DNA from: Candidatus Falkowbacteria bacterium HGW-Falkowbacteria-1
GTDB taxonomy: Bacteria > Patescibacteriota > Patescibacteriia > Patescibacteriales > UBA12465
Assembly (NCBI GenBank): GCA_002840305.1
Contig: PHAI01000001.1
Location: 112,074-176,073 of the forward strand
Length of the DNA stretch: 64,000 nt
Reading direction: 5' to 3'
Shown here: piece by piece, positions 8,628 to 18,438 of the stretch
How positions within the stretch are numbered: position 1 is the stretch's first letter
Layout: every line of letters begins with the position of its first letter
Notes under the pieces: generated by a model
What the model was told of the DNA's origin: nothing
Databases searched by the model: none
What the model saw: only the letters and a program-made list of their open reading frames with translations
Translations under genes and position numbers: made by a program

Positions 8628-9572
8628 ATGAGGATATTGATTAAATATAAAAAAGCATTAGCTATTTTTTTATTAAATTTATTTATCTTATTTAGTTTTG
8701 TTTTTTGTCTCTTTTGTGATCGTCGCTTTATTGGTATTGGGCTTGTTTTTACTTGTTTGTTTTCTATTATTTTTTTAAATTCAATCGTTCTTTATTTAAT
8801 TAAAATTTTAAAGAAAGAAAGAAAAAATATTTGTTTTTGTAGAGAAGATTCAAGCTCAAAAATTAGCGCCTGTCTTAATAAGATGGCCAAAGTTTATAAT
8901 GTGATGGAAATCAGCAAAATATCCTCTGGTATTTATCATGATTTAGCTAATATCTTAACTGCTTTGAATTTGTCTGTTAATCAAATAAAATATGTTGGTG
9001 GCAATGAAAGGGACGTGGGCGTATTAGTTAAAGAAACTTTGAACATTTCTCAAAAAGCTGGCTCGCTTGTTTCTTTTTTGAAAAATCAATGTTGTAAAAA
9101 ATTTGAAATCACTAAATTTAATTTGGCCGATGAAATCAAGAATTGTTTGTCGTTGTTTAACTTTTATTTTATAAAATATGATATAACAATCGAAACGACA
9201 CTTCAAGATGATATTTATTTGTTCGCTAGTCATATAAAATTTGATCAAACTATTATTAATATCATAAGCAACGCCATCGATTCTTTAAAAAGCAAGAGCA
9301 CTAATTGTTCCAGAAAAATATTTGTAAAATTGTTCAGGGAAGCCTCTTTCATCAAAATAATTATTAAAGACGGAGGAGTTGGTATTGATAAAGATAATTT
9401 AAGCAAAATCTTTAATCCATTTTTTTCATTGAAAGATGATGAAAGTAATAATCATTGTGGTTTGGGGCTCTTTTTGGTTAGGAGTATTATTGAAAATGAT
9501 TTTTTTGGAAAAATTAAAGTAAAAAGCGATACTAATCGAGGTGCTAAGTTTATAATTAAAATTCCCGGGTGA
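8628..9572 (+). CDS. Sensor histidine kinase with no adjacent response regulator
   Basis: Two N-terminal TM helices precede an H-box (YHDLANILTAL) and HATPase N/G boxes (NAIDS…, GGVGID…GLGLFLV). Confidence 0.7.
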   Translation: MRILIKYKKALAIFLLNLFILFSFVFCLFCDRRFIGIGLVFTCLFSIIFLNSIVLYLIKILKKERKNICFCREDSSSKISACLNKMAKVYNVMEISKISSGIYHDLANILTALNLSVNQIKYVGGNERDVGVLVKETLNISQKAGSLVSFLKNQCCKKFEITKFNLADEIKNCLSLFNFYFIKYDITIETTLQDDIYLFASHIKFDQTIINIISNAIDSLKSKSTNCSRKIFVKLFREASFIKIIIKDGGVGIDKDNLSKIFNPFFSLKDDESNNHCGLGLFLVRSIIENDFFGKIKVKSDTNRGAKFIIKIPG

Positions 9573-9669
9573 TTAAATGGATCTATTTTTAAATAAATCA
9601 TATCAATATAACGATTTGATTTTTTGATTTAGTAATGTTAATATTTAGTCATATTATTATATTTTTATT

Positions 9670-10668
9670 ATGTCTGAAGATAGAGTTGTGAGTCCAATAG
9701 AAAATAACAGTGATAAAAATTTTGACCTTAGTTTGAGGCCCAAAAGTTTTTCTGAATATATTGGTCAAGAGAACATAAAAACCAATTTACAAATAACCAT
9801 AAAAGCAGCATCTAAAAGGTCGGAACCCATAGATCATGTTTTGTTTTATGGTGCTCCTGGTCTCGGTAAAACTACCTTGGCCAATGTTGTTTCCAACGAA
9901 ATTGGTGCTAATCTCAAGGTAACATCTGGCCCGGCGATAGAGAGGAGTGGGGACCTGGCAACTATTTTAACCAATTTGAGTGATGGTGATATTTTATTTA
10001 TTGACGAAATTCATCGTTTGAATAAAGTAGTAGAAGAAATTTTGTACCCAGCCATGGAAGATTTTGCGCTTGATTTAATTATGGGTAAGGGGTCCGGAGC
10101 CAGAACACTCAGAATTGATTTACCTCGTTTCACCATCATTGGCGCAACCACTAAGGCCAGTTTATTATCAGCTCCGCTTAGAGATCGTTTTGGCATTATT
10201 CATCATTTAGATTTTTATGAAGATGAACATATTCATCAGATTATAAAAAGAAGTTCAAATATTTTGGGCGTAGAAATAGATGAGGAGGCAAGTCTTTTAA
10301 TAGCCGAAAGAGCTAGAAAAACACCTCGCATCGCCAATAGACTGCTTAAAAGAGTTAGGGACTTTTCAGTCGTTGAAGGGAACGGTTTTATCGATAAAGA
10401 TATTTGTCTTAAATCATTTGAAGTTTTAAATATTGATAAATATGGACTTGATCATGTTGATAGAAAAATTTTAAACACAATTATTGAAAAATTTGGTGGT
10501 GGGCCGGTTGGTTTGAATACATTATCAGCAGCCACCGGAGAGGATATGGCTACTATCGAGGATGTTTATGAACCTTATTTAATGCAGCTAGGTTTTCTAG
10601 ATCGTTCTCCCAGAGGTCGTGTCGCCACTGATTCAGCGTTTGGTCATTTAGGATTGAAAAAACAATAA
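9670..10668 (+). CDS. ruvB: Holliday junction branch migration ATPase RuvB
   Basis: Walker A is present (GAPGLGKTTLANVV) within a RuvB-like AAA+ domain. Confidence 0.9.
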   Translation: MSEDRVVSPIENNSDKNFDLSLRPKSFSEYIGQENIKTNLQITIKAASKRSEPIDHVLFYGAPGLGKTTLANVVSNEIGANLKVTSGPAIERSGDLATILTNLSDGDILFIDEIHRLNKVVEEILYPAMEDFALDLIMGKGSGARTLRIDLPRFTIIGATTKASLLSAPLRDRFGIIHHLDFYEDEHIHQIIKRSSNILGVEIDEEASLLIAERARKTPRIANRLLKRVRDFSVVEGNGFIDKDICLKSFEVLNIDKYGLDHVDRKILNTIIEKFGGGPVGLNTLSAATGEDMATIEDVYEPYLMQLGFLDRSPRGRVATDSAFGHLGLKKQ

Positions 10669-10674
10669 ATATTT

Positions 10675-11742
10675 ATGAATTTAGCTGATTTTGACTACGA
10701 ATTACCAAAGAATCTTATTGCTCAAGAACCAGCAAATCCACGGGATCATTCCCGTCTTTTAATTTATAATCGTGCCAATGGGGAAATTGATCATCGGCAT
10801 TTTTGTGATTTGTTTAATTATTTAAATAAAGATGACGTTCTATTTATAAACAATTCAAAAGTATTTAATGCCCGTTTAATTAGTAAAAAGGAGAGTGGCG
10901 GGAAGGTTGAAATTTTTTTACTAAAAGTTGTAGAAAAGAATAAAAATATTTGGAAATGTTTGCTTGGTGGAAGAGTGGTGGTTGGCAAGATACTCAAATT
11001 GGCGCAAGGTATAAAAGCTGAAGTTTTAGAAAAAAACGAGGGAACGTTTTTGCTTAAATTTGATCTGGATTATGAAAGGTTTATAAAAAAGTTAGAAGAG
11101 ATAGGAGAAACTCCTTTGCCGCCTTATATAAAAAGAAGCGAAAAATTAAACAGGGATGTTTCAAATTATCAAACTGTGTATGCCAAAAATGAGAAGATAG
11201 GCTCATCGGCTGCGCCTACTGCGGGCCTGCATTTTAATAAAGAAATTTTAGAAAAAATAAAAAGTAAGGGAGTGGAGATAGTAGAGGCAACGCTTCATGT
11301 TGGACTGGGAACGTTCTTACCAGTTAAAACTGAAAATATTCTGGAACATAAAATGCACAGCGAGGATGTCGAAATTTCTCTTTCTTCAATTAATAAGATA
11401 GTAGAGGCAAAAAATAAAAAAAAGAGAATAGTTGCCGTTGGAACAACTTCTTGTCGCATATTGGAAAGTCTAAATAATTTTTTAAAGTATGATTGTGAAA
11501 AAAATAAATTTTTGGAATATAAAGGGCAAGATTTAAAATTTTCTACTGATATTTTTATTTATCCAGGATACGAATTCAAAATAGTAGATTCTCTTATAAC
11601 TAATTTTCATCTGCCAAAATCTAGTTTGTTAATGTTGGTGAGCGCTCTTGCCGGTCGAAAAAATATTTTAGAAGTTTACAATAAGGCAATAGAAGAAAAA
11701 TATAGGTTTTTCAGTTATGGTGACGCGATGTTTATTGTTTAG
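10675..11742 (+). CDS. queA: S-adenosylmethionine:tRNA ribosyltransferase-isomerase
   Basis: The N-terminus DFDYELPKNLIAQEPANPRDHSRLL is QueA-like. Confidence 0.9.
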   Translation: MNLADFDYELPKNLIAQEPANPRDHSRLLIYNRANGEIDHRHFCDLFNYLNKDDVLFINNSKVFNARLISKKESGGKVEIFLLKVVEKNKNIWKCLLGGRVVVGKILKLAQGIKAEVLEKNEGTFLLKFDLDYERFIKKLEEIGETPLPPYIKRSEKLNRDVSNYQTVYAKNEKIGSSAAPTAGLHFNKEILEKIKSKGVEIVEATLHVGLGTFLPVKTENILEHKMHSEDVEISLSSINKIVEAKNKKKRIVAVGTTSCRILESLNNFLKYDCEKNKFLEYKGQDLKFSTDIFIYPGYEFKIVDSLITNFHLPKSSLLMLVSALAGRKNILEVYNKAIEEKYRFFSYGDAMFIV

Positions 11743-11911
11743 GGGGTGATATTGTTTTTTTGTTTTATTTTTTTGAAAAAGGTGGCACAGAAATATATAC
11801 ATGTTGATTTTTAATCATTTTTCTGCTAAATTTTAGTTATTGATAATCAAGGTTTGTTAAAAATATTATTTCTGTTTGAATTAATATTCAAAAATAGCCT
11901 ATATAATTTTT

Positions 11912-12469
11912 ATGCTTAGAAATATATTTGAGTTTATTAAGGTGGTCGTTGTGTCTCTTTTAATAATTTTGCCAATAAGGTTTTTTGTTATTCAGCCGTT
12001 TTATGTTAAAGGGGCTTCTATGGAGCCAAACTTTCATGATCATGAATATCTTATCGTCGATGAAGTTTCTTATCGTTTTAATAGCCCAAGTCGCGGAGAA
12101 GTTATTGTTTTTAGATATCCTTTAAATCCTAAGGAGTATTTTATAAAAAGAGTCATTGCTTTGCCCGGTGAAGAAGTTGAGATTGTTGATGGTGATATTT
12201 ATATTTACAACGAGGAAAATCCTAATGGCTTTTTGTTAAAAGAGTCTTTGTATTTGGATGATAGTGTGGACACGTATAATGTCGAAGAAGGGTCTACGGA
12301 ATTAGATGGTGATGAATATTTTGTTTTAGGAGACAATCGACATGCCTCTAAAGACTCCAGAAGTTTTGGTCCAGTAAATAAAAGCTTTATTGTTGGAAGA
12401 GTTATGTTGAGGGCATGGCCTTTTAGTAGTTTTAGTCTTTTTAAACACATGGATTATTATAATAATTAA
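11912..12469 (+). CDS. lepB: Signal peptidase I
   Basis: A TM helix precedes SM (GASMEPN) and GDNRHASKDSRSFG, the Ser/Lys dyad motifs of S26 peptidases. Confidence 0.85.
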   Translation: MLRNIFEFIKVVVVSLLIILPIRFFVIQPFYVKGASMEPNFHDHEYLIVDEVSYRFNSPSRGEVIVFRYPLNPKEYFIKRVIALPGEEVEIVDGDIYIYNEENPNGFLLKESLYLDDSVDTYNVEEGSTELDGDEYFVLGDNRHASKDSRSFGPVNKSFIVGRVMLRAWPFSSFSLFKHMDYYNN

Positions 12470-12534
12470 ATATCCGCCCTTGCATACGTAAAAGCATTTC
12501 GCGCTAACGTGGCCATGGTGTGACAAATAAAAAT

Positions 12535-13902
12535 ATGGGCAGGAGAAAAAAAACCGAAAAGAAAGTTTCTTTTGTTAAAAAAAATAGTAAAATTGGCAAT
12601 AGAATTGTCAAGGAGAAGGTTACTGTCAAAAATTTTTTGCGTCTTTTGGGTATGAAGGATGTTTTACCAGTTGATTACAAATTTCTAAATCCAATACTCA
12701 AGAAAATAGAAGATACTGCAAATAGTTATAGCTTTAACAAGATAGAGGTTCCTATCATAGAAAATTTTTCTTTATATAAGAAGGCATTGGATAAAAATAA
12801 AATTAAATCTTTATTTTTCATTGAGCAAAACGGTCCGGACAGAGCATGTTTGAGGCCCGATCTTATACATGGTATAGCCAGGGCTTTAATAGAGCACAAT
12901 ATTTTGAATACTCAAGAAAGACCATCAAAGTTTTTTTCTATGGGGCCTGTTTTTAGACAAGAAAAGGTTAGGGGCGGTGTTTACAAGCAGTTTACTCAGT
13001 TTAATCTTAGTATTTTTAACGATATTAAACCATCGTCGGATGCTTTTTTGATATTTGTTATTTATAATATATTTAAAGAATTGCAAATAGATGTTCAAAT
13101 TCAAGTTAATAGCCTAGGTGACGCTCCTTGCCAGAAAGAGTTTTTGGCAAAATTTTTAAAAGCTTTTAAGGAAAAGAGTAAGAAAAATAAATTATGTCCA
13201 GAATGTAAAAAGAACTTGACGAAAAATCCTTCGTTATTATTGGAGTGTCAGGAAGAGGGTTGTTTAAATTTGAGAAATGAAATGCCGCAAATAATTAATC
13301 ATCTCTCCGAAGAAGGCAGTACTAGATTTTATAAGACTCTAGAATTTTTAGATGAAATGGAAGTTAATTATAACTTTAATCCTTATTTGATAAGTGACGT
13401 TGGTTATTATAACGACTTGATCTTCGAGGTTTGGCCAATAGAGAAAAACGGAGAACTAAATAGCAAGTTGTCCCTCGGTAGAGGGGGTAGATATGACAAC
13501 CTCTTTGGTTCTTTAACGGGTAGAGATTTACCGGTTTTAAGTTTCAATGGTGGAATCGAAAGAACCTTGATTAAGTCTAAGGAAAATAATCAGACAATAG
13601 AAGAAAACAGAGACGATGTTGTTTTTTTGGCTCAGATTGATAATCAGGCTAAGGTTAGAGCAGTATTTTTATTCAAAGAATTAACGAAGAGGGGGTTTAA
13701 TGTTTTTCAAGCTTTTCATTTGGATGATTTAAAAGGTCAGATGGAGGAGGCCAAGCAATGTAAGGCCAATATAGTTCTTATTTTGGGGAAAAAAGAAATT
13801 GCCGATGAAACAATTTTGTTCAGAGATACTGATTCTGGTGTTCAAGAAATAGTTGCTCAGAAAGATTTAATCTCAAGGCTTGAAAAAAATATTAAACTGT
13901 AG
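12535..13902 (+). CDS. hisS: Histidine--tRNA ligase (start uncertain; lysine-rich N-terminal extension before the conserved GMKDVLP)
   Basis: The translation has …LGMKDVLP…, FFSMGPVFRQE, the GRGGRYDNLFG class II / HisS motifs and an anticodon-binding C-terminus. The ORF-track start is GTG, so I used the first ATG. Confidence 0.8.
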   Translation: MGRRKKTEKKVSFVKKNSKIGNRIVKEKVTVKNFLRLLGMKDVLPVDYKFLNPILKKIEDTANSYSFNKIEVPIIENFSLYKKALDKNKIKSLFFIEQNGPDRACLRPDLIHGIARALIEHNILNTQERPSKFFSMGPVFRQEKVRGGVYKQFTQFNLSIFNDIKPSSDAFLIFVIYNIFKELQIDVQIQVNSLGDAPCQKEFLAKFLKAFKEKSKKNKLCPECKKNLTKNPSLLLECQEEGCLNLRNEMPQIINHLSEEGSTRFYKTLEFLDEMEVNYNFNPYLISDVGYYNDLIFEVWPIEKNGELNSKLSLGRGGRYDNLFGSLTGRDLPVLSFNGGIERTLIKSKENNQTIEENRDDVVFLAQIDNQAKVRAVFLFKELTKRGFNVFQAFHLDDLKGQMEEAKQCKANIVLILGKKEIADETILFRDTDSGVQEIVAQKDLISRLEKNIKL

Positions 13903-13946
13903 TATAATATTTTTAAATATAATTAAAAAAATAGAAAGGAGGTCCT

Positions 13947-14180
13947 ATGGCAGATTTAAAGAGAAAAAAAGGAGAGAGTTTTGAAGCTTTTTTAAGGCGT
14001 TTTAAGGGTAGTTTAAAAAACAACAAAAGATTAGAAACCTTTAGAGGCAAACAAACTTTTAATAAGAAGAAAACTAAAATACAGTTGAAGAAATCGGCTT
14101 TGGCCAAAATCAGTTTGGGCAAGAAGTATGAACTTCTAAGAAAAACTGGCAAACTCGAAGAAGGCAAGCGGATGAGATAG
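13947..14180 (+). CDS. rpsU: 30S ribosomal protein S21
   Basis: A GGAGG Shine-Dalgarno precedes a basic 77-aa protein with the ESFEAFLRRFK…LKK pattern typical of S21. Confidence 0.8.
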   Translation: MADLKRKKGESFEAFLRRFKGSLKNNKRLETFRGKQTFNKKKTKIQLKKSALAKISLGKKYELLRKTGKLEEGKRMR

Positions 14181-14182
14181 AC

Positions 14183-14230
14183 AAAAAAAAGTAGGCGCGC
14201 AAAATTTTGCGGGCCTACTTTTTTTTTATT
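14183..14230. terminator. Bidirectional Rho-independent terminator between rpsU (+) and the RSH gene (-)
   Basis: An A-run is followed by gtaggcgcgc-aaaatttt-gcgggcctac and then a T-run. Confidence 0.55.
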
Positions 14231-15677
14231 TTTTGAACATTTTTTTGATTTTATAAAGAGGATTTGTCTGGGAATATTGTTTTATTCTTTCTTTGGCGTG
14301 TTTCGTTTTGACAAAATCAAGCCATTCAGCATTGGGTCCTTTTCTGTTTTTTTCAATTATTATTTCTACAATATCTCCGTTTTTTAATTCTTGGCTTAGT
14401 GGTGATATTTTTTCGTTTATTAATGCCCCAGAAGCTTTATTTCCTATGTCCGTGTGAATGGCATAGGCGAAGTCAACCGGAGTTGATTTTTCTGGTAGCT
14501 CTATGACATCTTCCTTGGGGGAAAATACAAATATTCTATCCTGAAATATGTTTGTTTTTATTTCTTGAACAAATTTTTCAGTGTTTTGGTTTTCTTTTTG
14601 TATTTCCAATATTTCTTTTATCCAGCCTGGTTTATCGTAATCTTTGTTTCCACTTTTATAACTCCAATGCGATGCTAGTCCGTACAAAGACTCATCATGC
14701 ATTTCGTGGGTTTTTATTTGAAATTCAGTTGCCTTGCCGTCTGGTCCGATTATAGTTGTGTGCAAGCTTCTGTATCCGTTAGGCTTCGGTACTGCAATAT
14801 AATCTTTAAATCTCCTTGATATCGGCTTCCAAATTGAATGGATTACGCCCAATATTTTATAACAGTCCTCTATGTTGTTTACCACGACTCTTAAAGCGAA
14901 CACGTCGTAGATTTCATCAAACTTCCTATCTTTCCTTTGCATTTTTTGCCAGATACTATAGAGATGTTTAAAGCGGGCAGTTATTTCATAATCAATTTTT
15001 GCTTCTTTTAGCTCTTCTTCCAATCTATTTTTTACTTTATTAAAGAATTGGTTTCTTTCTGCTTTTTTTTCAATTTCGTACTTGTATTCTATTTTTTTAT
15101 ATTCATTTGGGTATAGGTATTTGAAGCAGATGTCCTCCATCTGCCATTTTAATCTCCAGATACCCATAAGTCCTGCTATTGGGGCATATATTTCTAGGGT
15201 TTCTTTTGCAATCCTATGTTGTTTATTTTCTGGTAAGGCATCAAGAGTCTTTAAATTATGTAAACGATCACAGAATTTTATGTATATTATTCTAACATCG
15301 TCGACAACAGCTAAAAACATTTTTCTTAAATTTTCTCTGTATCTTTCTATGCCCCTATATTTTATTTTTCCCAATTTTGTAATTCCGGCTACCAATTTTG
15401 CCACCTCTGATCCGAAGGTTTGCTCTATTTCCTCTATTGTACAAGAGGTGTCCTCCGGTACGTCATGTAATATTCCGGCCACGATAGTGCTTTGGTCTGC
15501 TCTTATTTGGGCAAGATTAAAGGCCGTATGAAGACAATGTTCAATATAGGGCTCTCCACTTTTTCTGCTTTGATCGCCATGTGCTTTTTTGGCAAAATTG
15601 TAGGCCTTTATTATCTCTGAAACATCTATATCTGGGTTAACATCCGTAGCCTTTTTTATTAGTCTTTCAATCGTCAT
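14226..15677 (-). CDS. RelA/SpoT homologue, (p)ppGpp synthetase/hydrolase; short form (HD + synthetase + TGS, no ACT)
   Basis: The HD motif (HDVPEDT) is followed by a RelA_SpoT synthetase region and a TGS-like C-terminus. Confidence 0.85.
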   Translation of the reverse strand: MTIERLIKKATDVNPDIDVSEIIKAYNFAKKAHGDQSRKSGEPYIEHCLHTAFNLAQIRADQSTIVAGILHDVPEDTSCTIEEIEQTFGSEVAKLVAGITKLGKIKYRGIERYRENLRKMFLAVVDDVRIIYIKFCDRLHNLKTLDALPENKQHRIAKETLEIYAPIAGLMGIWRLKWQMEDICFKYLYPNEYKKIEYKYEIEKKAERNQFFNKVKNRLEEELKEAKIDYEITARFKHLYSIWQKMQRKDRKFDEIYDVFALRVVVNNIEDCYKILGVIHSIWKPISRRFKDYIAVPKPNGYRSLHTTIIGPDGKATEFQIKTHEMHDESLYGLASHWSYKSGNKDYDKPGWIKEILEIQKENQNTEKFVQEIKTNIFQDRIFVFSPKEDVIELPEKSTPVDFAYAIHTDIGNKASGALINEKISPLSQELKNGDIVEIIIEKNRKGPNAEWLDFVKTKHAKERIKQYSQTNPLYKIKKMFKK

Positions 15678-15774
15678 AGGGCATTTTATTATTTTTTGTT
15701 TTTATGCTATACTCATCTATATAATACCAAATAGTATTTGAATTAGCAATTTATTAAAAATTATTTATTTAACT

Positions 15775-18279
15775 ATGTTTAATCCTAAAAAAAATCTAAA
15801 ATTGATTATTTTTTTTGTTTTTTTGTTTTCATTGGCGTTTATATTTATTGATAGCAATGCTTTATTGGCTGCTACGACTGACAGTTTGGGAATCAATGCC
15901 GTTGACAGTGAAATAGTATTAGCGAGTACTGACCCGAGGACGGTTGTTGTTAGAATAATCAATATTTTTTTGGGAATTCTTGGTATTGTAGCGGTTTCTT
16001 TAATTATTTTTGCTGGTTTTACTTGGATGACATCTGAGGGTAACGAAGAAAAAGTAAGCAAAGCCAAGGGCATATTAAAGAGCGCTGTGGTTGGATTGAT
16101 TATTGTTTTATCTGCTTGGGGAATAGTTTCTTTCATTTTTAAGGAAATAGCTGGTGGTGGTTCTGAGTCTAGTTTACAAAATAGCAATTCTTCTTTTTTT
16201 CAGAATGGCATTGGGGCGGTCGGGGCTTGTACAGTCGAAAGTGTTTATCCCGAGCCAGGTCAAAAGAGTGTTCCTAGAAATACAATGATAATGATAACCT
16301 TTAAAGAGGAAGTCTCGTCTAGCACGGTACTTGCCAATTCTTCTATATGCTTAGAGCAAGAATTTTCTTTTGAAGATCAAACATGCTCAAATCCTGTTGA
16401 TTTTAGTTTAAGCACTGAGGATAATAAAATATTTGTGATATTTCCTAATTCCTTGCTTGGGAATGAAGATGGCTTTTCTTCTTATGTTGTTTATTTCTCG
16501 AATGATGTTTTAAAGCTTGACGAAAGTGAATCAATATTTGATACTTGCGCCCCTCAATATTTATTGTGGAACTTTGAAGTTAGTAATCAGCTTGATTTGA
16601 CGCCACCAAAAATAGAAAGTATTTTTCCTCAAGCCGACAACCAAAAGGATCAGCTTGAAACAAGTTCTTTATTGGAATATGCAGAGGCTCAAATAAGTGT
16701 TGTTGGTATTCCTAATTATTTCAAACCAGCTGAAATTACTTCTGTAACTAGTGGTGGAGGAACATCCTCTAGCGCCTCTGGCGAGATTAACCCAAATTAT
16801 AACGGAGAATATACTAACTTTACAGTGACTATCCCAACTGGCGCCGACAACAAAGCTCAATTAATGGGAGGTTCAGTTAATTTAGGAGCTTTTGACATTA
16901 TAGAAAATAAGGTTAATTTTACTAATTATTTTTCTCTTGAACTAGAGGAAGGATTTTCTCCTGGCAACTCTTGGAGCGTCCAGGTCAAAAAAATGGTTCC
17001 AGCTGATAAAATAAAAGTTGGTCCATACGAGTATACTTTTATAGATGGCGATACTAATTCTTATAATATAGGAGTTAGGGCTAGTAATATTGGTCAAGCA
17101 GAGCAAATTTATATAGCTTTGAATGATCACCCGAATGTAGATGTTTCTTATTCTTCTAACGTTATAAGCTTGGTGGCTAAAACCGGAGGCTCTTCTGGAA
17201 ATTCAATAGCCCTGCAGTCCTATACTGACAAAATACAAGTCGTAGAATTTAGTGGTGGGGCTGATAGGGTGGATAGAATAATTGTTGGAGATAAAAAGGA
17301 CAAACCAATGAACGCTACTATTCAAATAAATTTTAATGAAGCTATAAACCCATTGACCGTTTCTGGCACTAGTGCAGAACTTGAAGACTATCTTAGGGTT
17401 ATTAATGTGTCAGACGGCGGATCAATAGTAAGCGGAAAATTTGTTATTTCTTCAAATTATAAAACGGTTGAATTTGTGTCAGACTTTAAGTGTGGCGCCA
17501 ATAGTTGTGGTGGCGATGTTTTTTGTTTGCCGGCTAATAGTAATATAAAAGTGGAAGTTGTGGCTGCTGGATTGTTTGATTGTGAGGGGGATGGTATTAA
17601 TTGTGCAAATAAGAGTCCGTTCGTAAATTGTCCAGTTAATATTTGTCAAAATGACGAGGGCAAGAGATACCCTTTGTCTGCAATGCCGGCAAGCGGGGCG
17701 ATGGATTCTTCCGCTAACTCTCTTGATGGAAATGGTGATGGTTATTCTTATGGACCGGCTTCTTATTATTATAAAAACCAAGCTAACCCTTTAACTGGAG
17801 ACAGTTTTTCTTGGTCTTTTTGGATAAATGATAAAATTGATTCAGAGCCGCCAGTTATTTTAGAATTTACTCCAACAACTCCCGCCAACTTATTTAGTTC
17901 AATAGAGATTATTTTTAACAAGCTTATTTCAACTGATAGTCTTAGAACCGGGCAAACCTTAATAGAAAGCGGAGAAGAAAGTGTTGCACATAATAGAATA
18001 AATATATTAAGTGGTCAGTTGGTTGGATATTGGATAAGCTTTGAAAACCAGGATACTAATCCCGTGGACGGGGATCCTGATAGAACGAAGGTCTTTATAA
18101 ATCATGCTAGATTTTTTGAGGGTGCTGGTTATAGGTCTCAAGCTGGTTCGGGGGTTAAAGATATTTATCAAAATTGTTTTAAGCCTAGTGCTAGCATAAA
18201 TTGTAATGCCAACCCCCTAAATCCGTCTTGTTGTGATGGAAGTCCTAGTTCGGGAGCTGACTGTTCGACCGCTGATTAA
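15775..18279 (+). CDS. Large secreted protein: N-terminal TrbC/VirB2-like double-TM pilin domain fused to Big_5-type Ig-like domains and a Cys-rich module
   Basis: Signal/TM, then AGFTWMTSEGNEEKVSKAKGIL, then a second TM, paralogous to the 50787..51158 protein. Downstream are PEPGQKSVPRNT…ITF and TPPKIESIFPQ (Big_5-like), then CGANSCGGDVFC…CEGDGINC…CPVNIC. Confidence 0.6.
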   Translation: MFNPKKNLKLIIFFVFLFSLAFIFIDSNALLAATTDSLGINAVDSEIVLASTDPRTVVVRIINIFLGILGIVAVSLIIFAGFTWMTSEGNEEKVSKAKGILKSAVVGLIIVLSAWGIVSFIFKEIAGGGSESSLQNSNSSFFQNGIGAVGACTVESVYPEPGQKSVPRNTMIMITFKEEVSSSTVLANSSICLEQEFSFEDQTCSNPVDFSLSTEDNKIFVIFPNSLLGNEDGFSSYVVYFSNDVLKLDESESIFDTCAPQYLLWNFEVSNQLDLTPPKIESIFPQADNQKDQLETSSLLEYAEAQISVVGIPNYFKPAEITSVTSGGGTSSSASGEINPNYNGEYTNFTVTIPTGADNKAQLMGGSVNLGAFDIIENKVNFTNYFSLELEEGFSPGNSWSVQVKKMVPADKIKVGPYEYTFIDGDTNSYNIGVRASNIGQAEQIYIALNDHPNVDVSYSSNVISLVAKTGGSSGNSIALQSYTDKIQVVEFSGGADRVDRIIVGDKKDKPMNATIQINFNEAINPLTVSGTSAELEDYLRVINVSDGGSIVSGKFVISSNYKTVEFVSDFKCGANSCGGDVFCLPANSNIKVEVVAAGLFDCEGDGINCANKSPFVNCPVNICQNDEGKRYPLSAMPASGAMDSSANSLDGNGDGYSYGPASYYYKNQANPLTGDSFSWSFWINDKIDSEPPVILEFTPTTPANLFSSIEIIFNKLISTDSLRTGQTLIESGEESVAHNRINILSGQLVGYWISFENQDTNPVDGDPDRTKVFINHARFFEGAGYRSQAGSGVKDIYQNCFKPSASINCNANPLNPSCCDGSPSSGADCSTAD

Positions 18280-18438
18280 GTCGACAGAAGAAAGTTTTTT
18301 ATGTTAAATTTATATTGGGATTAGGCTTATTTTTAGTTTAGTTTACAAGAGTAAGAGTATGTTTTATTTATTAATAATTTAATTGGTTGTTTATTATGTT
18401 TCAAAATTATTTTCTAATAAACAATTATAAAAAGTATT

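Noticed and set aside
12535-13902. The Lys-rich ~30-aa N-terminal extension of HisS as a separate feature or signal
   Set aside because: It most likely reflects start-codon uncertainty. The ORF-track start is GTG and the conserved HisS body begins at …LGMKDVLP. There is no independent evidence for a functional extension.
15765-16187. Antisense ORFs opposite annotated genes (this one, plus 125..355, 390..713, 2469..2747, 3212..3520, 26174..26671, 31901..32089, 44421..44771, 56936..57499, 60431..60766, 61763..62131)
   Set aside because: Each lies opposite a gene with clear family motifs. Long spurious ORFs on the antisense strand are common in AT-rich DNA.
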